From a virus (Duplodnaviria; Caudoviricetes): a DNA stretch of 32,988 nucleotides. Positions 25,004-32,988 of the stretch are shown here, in pieces (position 1 is the first letter of the stretch; each line of letters begins with the position of its first letter). Location of the stretch: the IMG/VR virus record IMGVR_UViG_3300020045_008704, positions 1 through 32,988 of that record, one strand, 5' to 3'. The notes beneath the pieces were generated by a model. It did not search any database, was not told the origin of the DNA, and saw only the letters and a list, made by a program, of their open reading frames with translations. Made by a program: the position numbers and the translations under genes.

Positions 25004-25531
25004 TTAAATAAAATCTTCGTCTTCTGGTTCTAGTATTTCTTGCGAAGCATTTTGCTGTTCTTTTTCCTGCCGCCTATATAACATTTGTTTTAATTCTTCG
25101 GGTAGATTTTTTATTTCATTCCTTAAAAATCGGGATTGCCGGAAAGTAATAAGGGCAGTTAAAGGGCCAGACATCATTTCCCCGCTAAACCTATGCGGGT
25201 AGACTCTTTGTTTCCTGAGTGTTGTATGCAGCATTCCCGCGTGCGCCACATAAAAATCTCGCCCATTAGCCAGTTCAAAAAAAATTAAGGCGCAAAAAGC
25301 ATCGTAGAAAAATCGGGTTTCTGCCTTGGTATACCCTGTCATCGCGCTGATAATGGTAACAATTTCATTACGGTTTAATTTTCCATAGACATTTGGATCT
25401 TTTATGCGCGTTGCCCGCTTTGTAGACCAATGCGCTTTTTTCTTCTTCGTCCACGCCACCCATGTTTTTTGTCGTTCCGGTTCCCGCTCCAATTCCGGTA
25501 CAGCCCATTCTGATAAATCTAATCCCCCCAT
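25004..25531 (-). CDS. HU/IHF-like DNA-binding protein with N- and C-terminal extensions
   Basis: LNRNEIVTIISAMTGYTKAET...ELANGRDFYVAHAGML...RKQRVYPHRFSGEMM...ITFRQSRFLRNEI follows the HU helix-helix, arm (R.GRNP.TGE-like) and F..S..L(K/R) pattern. Confidence 0.75.
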   Translation of the reverse strand: MGGLDLSEWAVPELEREPERQKTWVAWTKKKKAHWSTKRATRIKDPNVYGKLNRNEIVTIISAMTGYTKAETRFFYDAFCALIFFELANGRDFYVAHAGMLHTTLRKQRVYPHRFSGEMMSGPLTALITFRQSRFLRNEIKNLPEELKQMLYRRQEKEQQNASQEILEPEDEDFI

Positions 25532-25534
25532 AAA

Positions 25535-25837
25535 TTACCGCGCAGCTTCTTCTTGTAAAATTATTTCTTCAGCCGCTTTACCCTCCGCGATGGCTTCTTC
25601 CAACCATTGTAAAAACATATCGGGTATTCGGGCTTTCCATTGCAGTTGTGCTATTGCCCCGTGCGCTGTTGGATTAACAGTAGCCAATTCCTCCAATGCC
25701 GCTACCCGGCACCGATGCGCCCGTTCGATCAAATACCGCCCCATTTTGTCATAGGTAACAAAATGCTCGGCATCCAATCCCAGCGATACCGCTCGCATTC
25801 CCGAGTCATTGACATACTCTCCTGATAAATCAACCAT
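25535..25837 (-). CDS. Hypothetical protein downstream of portal (100 aa)
   Basis: GGAGA RBS; 3-bp gaps; helical. Confidence 0.7.
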   Translation of the reverse strand: MVDLSGEYVNDSGMRAVSLGLDAEHFVTYDKMGRYLIERAHRCRVAALEELATVNPTAHGAIAQLQWKARIPDMFLQWLEEAIAEGKAAEEIILQEEAAR

Positions 25838-25840
25838 TTT

Positions 25841-28252
25841 TTAATCTCCGATAGTCGGTGTTCTGATACCCTTGTGGATCCCCGATGCGCCAGAATCCGG
25901 TTTAGGTGCTAAATTAGGATGGGTATTCCCCTCCGCTATCGGAACGGGATTAATATCCATCGGAGGAGACACAGCTTGCACTACCGGAGCCGCATTATGA
26001 TCCACGAATCCAGCAGATTTTAAAATTTCGTCACTGACCGGCGCAATTCCCGGATTTTGGGCAACTACTCCGGCTGCTTGCGATGCCTCATATACCGCAG
26101 TTACATTAGCTGTTACTTTATCCGCCGTCGTTTTCTCTGTCTGCGCAACCATTAGATTTATCTTGGCTTCCAGTTCCAGCATATTTGCCTGCATTTTTCG
26201 ATTTTCCAGTTCCAGTCGGCTGTTTTCAATCTGTAATTTACCCTGCGCGATTTCAAGTTTGCCCTGATCGTTTTGTGCTTTTGCTTCCAGTTGAGCTTGC
26301 ATAAGTTGCTGTGCAGGATCCGCAGGGGGATTTTTCTTCAATTCCTCGACTTTGGCGAAATCAAAGAACCGGGATCCGTTATCAAAGCCAGCGGCCCCGA
26401 AAATCTCTTTTGCTATTTCATCACCACGAATAGCGGCTCCTGCATCCGGCACCAGACTCACCGTAGTCGCTACAGCGCTTTGGATACGCTGCATTCGTTG
26501 CGTTGGGCTAACTGCACCCATGCCTACATTAACGGAAACCGAAAATTTATAGTTAAAATATTTTGGCAAAATTTTAAGTAATTTAGCTTTTTTGGCGGCG
26601 ACGGTGAGTGCTATGATATCGGTTTCGTACATCGCTTCCAATTGCACAATTTGACGCAATACCGGTTCGATCCATGACTCTGTAAAGGTGCGCAACTCCA
26701 TTTCCCGCACTTGGTTAGCTGCTTCGTTCATGAGGTTCATGCCCGTCGCAGTTTCATGCAGTTTTCGATTAGAGTTAACGGTGGCCCCGGATGTAGACCC
26801 GGAGAGATCATCCATCGCCAAAGATAGCCTGTCCATTTCCTGATAACTGGAAGCGGTAACGTCTTGTACAGGGAGCGGCGATACGTGGCTGTCGAGTGAC
26901 CCTGGCGCACTGACACCTATTAAACCGCCGGGAACATTGCGGCTTAAAGCTCTAACATCGACTTGATTCCCTTGCCGGTACAAATATCGGCGATTCAACA
27001 CCTGACGAATGTTATCGTACCTCTGGTTATTGAGCTCGTTAACTGCTTTTTGCAAGCCTGTTGTCAGTTCTACAGGACTGCTCGGATAAGGGCGATCTGT
27101 TTCAATCTCCATCTTGCCGAGAACATAGTCCCGTTTTCCATCAGCCCAAGGGATTATTTGGGATAATGGTACAGGATCCGAGAGCAGCATATTGACACCG
27201 ACCGTATAGTAGAGCCAATCTATCCCGTCATACCTAACGATATTTCGATGGATCCAGACGATTTTAAATTCATCTACCGTTTCCATCATGTTTGATTTTG
27301 GATCAAGTCGTCGTGACCCCGATCTTGCTCGTCGAGTGGTGTCCAGATTATCTCGATTTCCACCCGCGATTAACTGTCCGGGGCCTAATTGTTTCCAGGC
27401 GGGTTCTCCGTTTTTAATATTCTGGTTCTGTCCTTCTTTGATCTTTGTTAACACATCCCCCAGATACATTGGCATTAATTCTATCAAGTAAGGAGACGAA
27501 TTTGCCGGATCCAACCAATCCGCCGCTGGTGAAATCCGTATGTTTTCAATAGGGACTAACCGGACGTTGGGTTTGTCCGCTAAAATACGGGTTTCATAAT
27601 ATTCCCTGACATCTCCGGTTTCTGGGTCTTCATCCCGGCCCACCAGGATATCCGCTTCTCTGAAATCCCAAGATTGGTGAGAGGCTATCGTGCCTAACAC
27701 CGCCGTTTCTGCGATACCGCCCAATACTAATTGATACCAGGGAATCGTCTGAGATAATCGATAATTAACCAAGCCTTTCATTAAGTCCGCCGCTTCCCTC
27801 TGTTCGGAATTATCTGAATCCTCCGCTTCAATCGCTACGACATCCGAACTGGTGAAATAAGCGGAAGCTGCCGCCGCTTGTATGGCGCGTACTAAAGTTC
27901 TGGATTTAGGCCAGAAGTAGTTGGAGCGGTGTCTATTGGCATCTGACAGAATAGGCGAATCGGGCGCGTGCTCGGATCGATAATGCGCGAAATTTCTCGC
28001 CCAAATTGCCCGCTGATTCACCTGCAGCCAGGATTCGCTGGACTCGTAGGCGTTCCGCGCCATGCGTACCCAATCCGTTTTCTGCCCGGCGGCGGTTGAA
28101 CCCCCTTGCTGCGTTTTAGGTTGGTTTGCCTTTTGAGCGTTGCCCTGCCCTATCTCGTCAATGGAGTTAACTATCGGAGCTGCCAAGGCGTTGGATGGGC
28201 GGTAATTACCCCCCTCAAGTGAAGGTTGTGGGTCAGTAGGGCTTAATAGCAT
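25841..28252 (-). CDS. Portal protein (podovirus type, long C-terminal helical barrel)
   Basis: Size and position; LQKAVNELNNQRYDN, ETATGMNLM, SVNVGMG motifs; Gln-rich coiled-coil C-terminus. Confidence 0.85.
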   Translation of the reverse strand: MLLSPTDPQPSLEGGNYRPSNALAAPIVNSIDEIGQGNAQKANQPKTQQGGSTAAGQKTDWVRMARNAYESSESWLQVNQRAIWARNFAHYRSEHAPDSPILSDANRHRSNYFWPKSRTLVRAIQAAAASAYFTSSDVVAIEAEDSDNSEQREAADLMKGLVNYRLSQTIPWYQLVLGGIAETAVLGTIASHQSWDFREADILVGRDEDPETGDVREYYETRILADKPNVRLVPIENIRISPAADWLDPANSSPYLIELMPMYLGDVLTKIKEGQNQNIKNGEPAWKQLGPGQLIAGGNRDNLDTTRRARSGSRRLDPKSNMMETVDEFKIVWIHRNIVRYDGIDWLYYTVGVNMLLSDPVPLSQIIPWADGKRDYVLGKMEIETDRPYPSSPVELTTGLQKAVNELNNQRYDNIRQVLNRRYLYRQGNQVDVRALSRNVPGGLIGVSAPGSLDSHVSPLPVQDVTASSYQEMDRLSLAMDDLSGSTSGATVNSNRKLHETATGMNLMNEAANQVREMELRTFTESWIEPVLRQIVQLEAMYETDIIALTVAAKKAKLLKILPKYFNYKFSVSVNVGMGAVSPTQRMQRIQSAVATTVSLVPDAGAAIRGDEIAKEIFGAAGFDNGSRFFDFAKVEELKKNPPADPAQQLMQAQLEAKAQNDQGKLEIAQGKLQIENSRLELENRKMQANMLELEAKINLMVAQTEKTTADKVTANVTAVYEASQAAGVVAQNPGIAPVSDEILKSAGFVDHNAAPVVQAVSPPMDINPVPIAEGNTHPNLAPKPDSGASGIHKGIRTPTIGD

Positions 28253-28263
28253 GATTCTATCTC

Positions 28264-28710
28264 TTATAGATTGTTAAATTGCTCCTTTACTTTGCTATAA
28301 CCCGGATTTTTTTCTGGCATTGCAGCACTATCTGGAACAATAAGACCGGCTGGCGTCCGTTTCAAGCCGTGTATTTCATCGTGCCGATTTCGAGTTCTCG
28401 ATAAGCCTAACGCTTCTAAAAACTCCCCTCCAGCTCGCATAATGCAAGACATGTTATCCCGATCCATGTCCGCGTAATTTACCAAATATACCACATCCGT
28501 CGGTACATCTTGCAATCGAATAATCAAAGCGCCTAGAACACCCCCCACTGTTTCAGACCATTCCAGTCCCCATTTCCACCCTTTATAGTGCCTGTTTAGA
28601 ATCGCCATTGCCTCATTAGCAATTATTTTCTGCTCAGGTAGCCAATCTTTCGGCATAGTTTCGACAACGGGGTCATTTTTGTGTTGGACTTCGGATAAAT
28701 CTAGTGCCAT
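28264..28710 (-). CDS. Hypothetical phage protein (148 aa, MALDLSEV...)
   Basis: Start moved to 28710 behind GGAGA; L.RHYKGW.W...MRAGGEFLE pattern. Confidence 0.65.
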   Translation of the reverse strand: MALDLSEVQHKNDPVVETMPKDWLPEQKIIANEAMAILNRHYKGWKWGLEWSETVGGVLGALIIRLQDVPTDVVYLVNYADMDRDNMSCIMRAGGEFLEALGLSRTRNRHDEIHGLKRTPAGLIVPDSAAMPEKNPGYSKVKEQFNNL

Positions 28711-28806
28711 GTTTTCTCCAGTTTTTTGGTTAGCTAATTTGCAACTATAGGGCAAGGGGTAAAATAAGGGAGTTTTTATCCGCTCGTTTTACCGCAGTTA
28801 ATTTTT

Positions 28807-29079
28807 CTACAGGCAGGTTTCCGGCTCCTGCGTTGGGCCATCTGCGGTTGGATCAACAGCTTGCCGCCAATGTGCAGGGCCCAGCATCTTAACGGGAAGT
28901 CCTTCGAATTCCAGAATTTCTCCGACTGAGGCGCCGATGCCGTTATTCGCCAGATAGATAGTTCGTGGGCGGCACCCGTTACACGTCAGGTAATCTCTTA
29001 TTATATTAAAAGCGCATCGAGTGATAGTCTGCGTATCCGCTGGTTGATGCTCCAGATTGATTTGCCAAAATACAGACAT
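28807..29079 (-). CDS. Hypothetical protein (90 aa)
   Basis: GAGG RBS; packing. Confidence 0.55.
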   Translation of the reverse strand: MSVFWQINLEHQPADTQTITRCAFNIIRDYLTCNGCRPRTIYLANNGIGASVGEILEFEGLPVKMLGPAHWRQAVDPTADGPTQEPETCL

Positions 29080-29088
29080 ACCGAGCCT

Positions 29089-29331
29089 CTAAGGATTATG
29101 CGATACTAAATCCGGATCAGGCAAGTGCGTTGTAACGCCCCCCGATACAGAAACGGGCTTACCGTAGACCCCTTCTGGTTGAAGATTACTCCAGAACGTT
29201 TTTCTGTCGCCGCCGAACTGATAGGTTGGGTACGGCTCTTCCGGCCCCTGCCGAGCGCGTTGGAGCAAAATATCATACTCGATAATCGTTTCTGTAACCG
29301 CAAATAACGGGGGTTGAAGGATATTAGCCAT
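29089..29331 (-). CDS. Hypothetical protein (80 aa)
   Basis: GAAAGG RBS; packing. Confidence 0.6.
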   Translation of the reverse strand: MANILQPPLFAVTETIIEYDILLQRARQGPEEPYPTYQFGGDRKTFWSNLQPEGVYGKPVSVSGGVTTHLPDPDLVSHNP

Positions 29332-29428
29332 GATAACTACCTTTCTGAAATAAGAAGCTAAGGGTCACTGGATCCGAGTTTAGCATGTTTTACTTTTGCA
29401 TCCAATGCGAATCAGTTATGTGGGGGTA

Positions 29429-29638
29429 TCATCGGTTACAGTCGAAAACATAACGCTCCGCCGCTTTAATCATCCAGAGAGCATCTTTCAACTCCATTCG
29501 GCTGGATCTAGTAAAGAAATCACCGTCCTGGTCGTATCCGATAACCAAAACATCCTGTAAGTTTCTATGCAGGCAATCGTTTAACGCCTGCTCTACCGTA
29601 AAGTTCGCTGAGGGCTCTAAGCGTATTACTTTATTCAT
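29429..29638 (-). CDS. Hypothetical phage protein (69 aa)
   Basis: 8-bp overlap with the upstream gene; L.DVLVIGYD.DG....SS pattern. Confidence 0.65.
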   Translation of the reverse strand: MNKVIRLEPSANFTVEQALNDCLHRNLQDVLVIGYDQDGDFFTRSSRMELKDALWMIKAAERYVFDCNR

Positions 29639-29843
29639 TATCGTTTAACGCCCTGAGCTTATCTAACCGCTTATCCATTTCTGCTTTATCATCCATAAAA
29701 GTCGTGACGGTACTTCCATAGTTATCAGTAATTTCAAATTCCGATATCGCCCAGAGGCCCTGTTCCACTAAAACGCTTAGCAGCAAATACCTCTTTGCAT
29801 CCTCAAAAATCTCATCCGTATTTCGTTGGTCTATTATTGACAT
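29631..29843 (-). CDS. Hypothetical protein (70 aa)
   Basis: Starts 2 bp after the terL stop. Confidence 0.55.
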   Translation of the reverse strand: MSIIDQRNTDEIFEDAKRYLLLSVLVEQGLWAISEFEITDNYGSTVTTFMDDKAEMDKRLDKLRALNDNE

Positions 29844-29845
29844 AA

Positions 29846-31582
29846 CTAAAACCCCAATTCCGGTGCCTCAAAATAACTTTCACCATACTCATTCCCAAAC
29901 GGCCCCCCAGAATTACCGGCGGCTGAGAAAAATCCGGCTGCTTTTGCCTGTGCTGCTTGCAAGAATGCGTCTGCACCATTACTCTCTGGCCCGTGCCTCG
30001 GAGTATTGCGCCAAGTTCCTGTTCGGGGATTCCATTCCTTGCGGTACGCCTCCAAACGTTTTATGCCTAGCTCACAGTGCTTTTGATCAAAAACGCATTG
30101 CGACAATAAAATTCTCCCCTGCTGAATCGCCATTTGCTTATCCGGGGTCTTGGGAACCAACCAAAATCGCCAATGCGGTGCTACGCTCTGAAACATCTCC
30201 TCCGGCGTCAGATTTCTGTCCGCGCCTTGCCTCCGGTGGTTCGCGTCATGCGGCAAATACACGTAATCCAATACATAATTCATCAGATCCACTTCCCGTA
30301 CAAAATAAGAAAAGGGCTCCCCACTCGCTTCCATATAGTTAATAACCGCGTAATACGTCCTTTTGGGCTGAAAAAACCACAGCGCTGTTTCGTCGTTAGC
30401 TCCGATATCGCAGAAAATACTGACCGGGAACATGGGGTCGTAAGGGCATAGTCCTATCCGTTTGTCTTTCCGCATTTGTGAGAATTGCTCTTTAAAATAA
30501 GCCCCCTCCATCGATACTGCGAACGCCTCATCCGGAGTCGAAGGCATTTCTGCCCACATCAGTTCCTGATCCCCCGAGTAGGTTACATCCCGATATTTTA
30601 CGTACCAAGCCCGTTGGTGGGGCGTAATTTCTCTGTTTATCTTCAATTCCAGATCGTTGAAATAGTGCTCGTCCCGCGCGGAAACAATAGTAGTACCGGG
30701 CGGCATTACGTAAGCCGGATCTTCCCACCAACCGAAGAAATGAAACTTAAAGTCCAGTTTCCACAGCTTTTCCCCCGAATCCTGAATCTTCCGCGCTGTT
30801 TCCACCAGATTAAAAAATTCCCCTTCCTGCCCTTCTGCCGTAGACTCTACAAAAATAAGACCGTCTTCCGGCACCGCTGTAATCGATCCTGTAATAATTT
30901 CCCGCGCCTTGCCGGGATCTTTAGCCGCGATCTTGCCGAATTCCGAAATATGCAAAAAAGTCGGCGTGGTGCCTCGCGCTGATGTACGAACTTCTACGCG
31001 ACTGCCATTCCGAAAAGCGATACTGCTTTTGGATGCCGCCCCTTCCAGCGATGTCGGTTCCGCCAGTTTAAAAATTTCAGGCAGGTTATCATACGCAAAC
31101 TTAAACACGTCTCTAAAAATAGCTTCCGCGATTTCCCGATCCTGCGCAATTACTACGCAACTTTCGTTCGGTGAGAATAGCGCCGTGTCCAGCATGAAAA
31201 TTTGAATAAAAGTGGAAAACCCCATTTTCCGAGCTTTCAAAATGATATTTCGTGTGTGAAAGCCGTTTAACAGCTTAAGTTGCGCTGCATTCGGCTTAAA
31301 CGTAACCACTCGTTTTTTCTTATCGACAATCTTGTACAAATGCGACATCCGCCAAACCGGATCCCCCATATGCTTTGCCAAATCATCGACTGTAAAATCA
31401 AAATGACTTAAATCCAGACTCCGCTTAGCGGGCTGCTGCGAGTGTTCGTGTTCGTGCGAATATCGTCCCGGCGGGTACTGTCCGGGCGTGGGCTGAGACG
31501 CCTCACCCGCTTTCGGCGGTCGTCCTCTCTGCCTTTTTTCGGGTGTCGGGTGTATCTGTAGTGATTTGGGTCTATACCTCAT
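29846..31582 (-). CDS. terL: Terminase large subunit
   Basis: Q motif (PNAAQ), ILKARKMGFST (Walker A region), LHISEFG (Walker B), VESTAEG coupling motif, nuclease DIGAND...LPHDA...GADAF. Confidence 0.93.
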   Translation of the reverse strand: MRYRPKSLQIHPTPEKRQRGRPPKAGEASQPTPGQYPPGRYSHEHEHSQQPAKRSLDLSHFDFTVDDLAKHMGDPVWRMSHLYKIVDKKKRVVTFKPNAAQLKLLNGFHTRNIILKARKMGFSTFIQIFMLDTALFSPNESCVVIAQDREIAEAIFRDVFKFAYDNLPEIFKLAEPTSLEGAASKSSIAFRNGSRVEVRTSARGTTPTFLHISEFGKIAAKDPGKAREIITGSITAVPEDGLIFVESTAEGQEGEFFNLVETARKIQDSGEKLWKLDFKFHFFGWWEDPAYVMPPGTTIVSARDEHYFNDLELKINREITPHQRAWYVKYRDVTYSGDQELMWAEMPSTPDEAFAVSMEGAYFKEQFSQMRKDKRIGLCPYDPMFPVSIFCDIGANDETALWFFQPKRTYYAVINYMEASGEPFSYFVREVDLMNYVLDYVYLPHDANHRRQGADRNLTPEEMFQSVAPHWRFWLVPKTPDKQMAIQQGRILLSQCVFDQKHCELGIKRLEAYRKEWNPRTGTWRNTPRHGPESNGADAFLQAAQAKAAGFFSAAGNSGGPFGNEYGESYFEAPELGF

Positions 31583-31758
31583 TTACCACCTACTTTTGGT
31601 AGGCCCAATTCCCTTAGCGCGTCATTCAATCCGCAGATACAACCCCCGTAAAACATACGACAGCCAGGATCGTGTCGAGCATAATTCTCGATTAATTCTT
31701 CCAACTGCGCGACTCTTGAGTAAGCCTCATCCAAGTCTTTCTCATTAATAGCTGTCAT
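31579..31758 (-). CDS. Small His/Cys protein (59 aa) between terS and terL, not in the ORF track
   Basis: ATGA overlaps at both ends; MTAINEKDLDEAYSRVAQLEELIENYARHDPGCRMFYGGCICGLNDALRELGLPKVGGK. Confidence 0.7.
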   Translation of the reverse strand: MTAINEKDLDEAYSRVAQLEELIENYARHDPGCRMFYGGCICGLNDALRELGLPKVGGK

Positions 31759-32477
31759 ATAAAATCCTCATCTTCTCCAAATAACTCTGCGAAGGTAGCA
31801 GAGAGAGCAGGAGTAGAGGCGGCGGTTACTGATGCGGGCGTTGTGACAGGCGCTTCCGTAAACTCTGCATATTCCGTCGCCGCAGTTGACGTAGAACCGA
31901 TATCCGGCATTGCCCGCCCTTCCAGTGGGGGGCGTAAAACTTTCCCCTGCAACGCCAGTAAAAGCTGCGACAGCGTATCCCCGGTTTCTACCGTCTGCGT
32001 CGATTGAGTCTTTTCAGCCCATCCGTGATTATTCTTCAAATCAAAAATAACCCCTGCCGGCGCACTGGACTTCAGCAATAATTCATTTTTCCATTCTTCA
32101 ATACGTGTACGCGCCACTTCCACGACGTGCGCGTATTCTTCCCCCTTATCTTCATACGCCTTTAATGTTTTTGTGCTTTTGAACCCTAATGCAAGCGCTA
32201 GTCCAGCAAGGGTTGGAGGGCGTTTTTCTTCCGCTATAAGTGCGAAATAAGCATTAATGGCAAACTCAATCGCCTCTACCGACCGGTATACCGGATAAAA
32301 TCCTAGCTGCGCTTTATACGCAGGCGAATCTCCCATGCCAGGGCCTCCGATAGTCCGTACTTTAGGCTGCAGCCCGGTATCAAGGGCATGTTTCTTTTTC
32401 CGAGGCGGAGGAAACATGCGGGGATTCTCCTTCGCTATCTTATTTTTATCATAAAACTCAGATCTAAAATCACTCAT
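31755..32477 (-). CDS. terS: Terminase small subunit (P22 gp3-like)
   Basis: SVEAIEFAINAYF...PPTLAGLALALGF...Y......Y..VV..AR.RIE...GVIFDLKNNHGW; upstream of terL. Confidence 0.85.
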   Translation of the reverse strand: MSDFRSEFYDKNKIAKENPRMFPPPRKKKHALDTGLQPKVRTIGGPGMGDSPAYKAQLGFYPVYRSVEAIEFAINAYFALIAEEKRPPTLAGLALALGFKSTKTLKAYEDKGEEYAHVVEVARTRIEEWKNELLLKSSAPAGVIFDLKNNHGWAEKTQSTQTVETGDTLSQLLLALQGKVLRPPLEGRAMPDIGSTSTAATEYAEFTEAPVTTPASVTAASTPALSATFAELFGEDEDFI

Positions 32478-32524
32478 AGCATGACGTGTATAGTGTAGCG
32501 CGGTATAGCGCGATGTGGTGGTAT

Positions 32525-32557
32525 GTAGAACAACGCGGGTGACACGTAGAACAACGC
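32525..32557. repeat. 12-bp direct repeat GTAGAACAACGC, 21-bp period, in the terS leader
   Basis: Exact copies at 32525-32536 and 32546-32557. Confidence 0.8.
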
Positions 32558-32587
32558 AGTGTGTTTTACACCTTCAGAATACGTTCG

Positions 32588-32616
32588 AGCATAGAGCAAC
32601 CGCTAGTTTTTGTCAA
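32588..32616 (-). promoter_or_regulatory. Sigma70 promoter upstream of terS
   Basis: TTGACA-17 nt-TATGCT. Confidence 0.75.
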
Positions 32617-32617
32617 G

Positions 32618-32950
32618 TTAGCGGGTGGGCTCAGGTAGGTGCGTGAGGTCTGTGGGCGGTACGAATCCATTATCCCCCATATAGAAATCCCAAAGATATC
32701 GGTACAGAATTTCTCGATACCTCTCGGCAAAGGATTTGTGTGTCGTCTTCAATTCTGTGGCTGTCTCGTTCAAAGCTTGAACCCCCGAGTGCAATAGAAG
32801 AGTAACCCCAATCGGGCAAGCCTGGAGAAACCTACCCGATTGGAAGCGACGACATTCTACAACAATATAAAGTCCTCGCCACTTAATATTAGCTGATTGT
32901 TGATTCTTTTGGTAAAAATATTTTTTATATTTTCTTGAAAGTCTTCTCAA
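32618..32950 (-). CDS. Hypothetical protein (up to 110 aa; start uncertain)
   Basis: Open frame with TTG start and no clear RBS. Confidence 0.45.
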   Translation of the reverse strand: MRRLSRKYKKYFYQKNQQSANIKWRGLYIVVECRRFQSGRFLQACPIGVTLLLHSGVQALNETATELKTTHKSFAERYREILYRYLWDFYMGDNGFVPPTDLTHLPEPTR

Positions 32951-32988
32951 AAATAGGGGGGGGGTACTGTCAAGATAATCCTTATAGG

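Larger units (their letters stand above)
1..32988 (-). mobile_element. Tailed phage (podovirus-like) or prophage genome segment: packaging, head, lysis, tail and ejection modules
   Basis: Co-oriented, tightly packed genes in the order terS-terL-portal-scaffold-capsid-adaptor-lysis-tail-internal proteins; no host housekeeping genes; no att site or integrase in the window, so phage versus prophage cannot be decided. Confidence 0.95.

Noticed and set aside
180-31748. The many plus-strand ORFs of 60-165 aa other than 6556-7095
   Set aside because: Nearly all are antisense to well-supported minus-strand genes and show no recognisable motifs.
1-32988. Alternative genetic code or tRNA genes
   Set aside because: Standard-code ORFs tile the window densely using TAA, TAG and TGA stops; no cloverleaf with T-loop and D-loop consensus was seen.

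Overview
A ~33 kb segment of a tailed dsDNA phage or prophage of a Gram-negative host, covering the packaging, head, lysis, tail and ejection gene block. Almost all genes lie on the minus strand. In transcription order (right to left): terminase small and large subunits, portal, an HU/IHF-like protein, scaffold, N4-gp56-like major capsid protein, head-tail adaptor, a lysis cassette (holin candidate, GH19 endolysin, embedded Rz/Rz1 spanins), tail and fibre genes, and internal/ejected proteins. The block ends in a polyvalent-type protein with an inorganic-pyrophosphatase-like domain and the start of a GGDEF-like domain that is cut off at an apparent inversion junction near base 120. No sheath, long tape measure, integrase, replication genes, tRNA or CRISPR array were seen, which fits a podovirus-like virion. 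The most notable observations are: (1) a small basic gene (MPSKSPAQARLM...) with its own RBS nested in the +1 frame of the polyvalent gene; (2) an identical EDEDFI C-terminal tip, with different codons, on TerS and the HU-like protein; (3) an opposite-strand endonuclease cassette with symmetric divergent promoters and a predicted three-way-junction leader RNA; (4) a 35-bp synonymously diverged duplicate of a gene end marking a probable module swap. All family calls come from motif recognition by eye; no searches were run.
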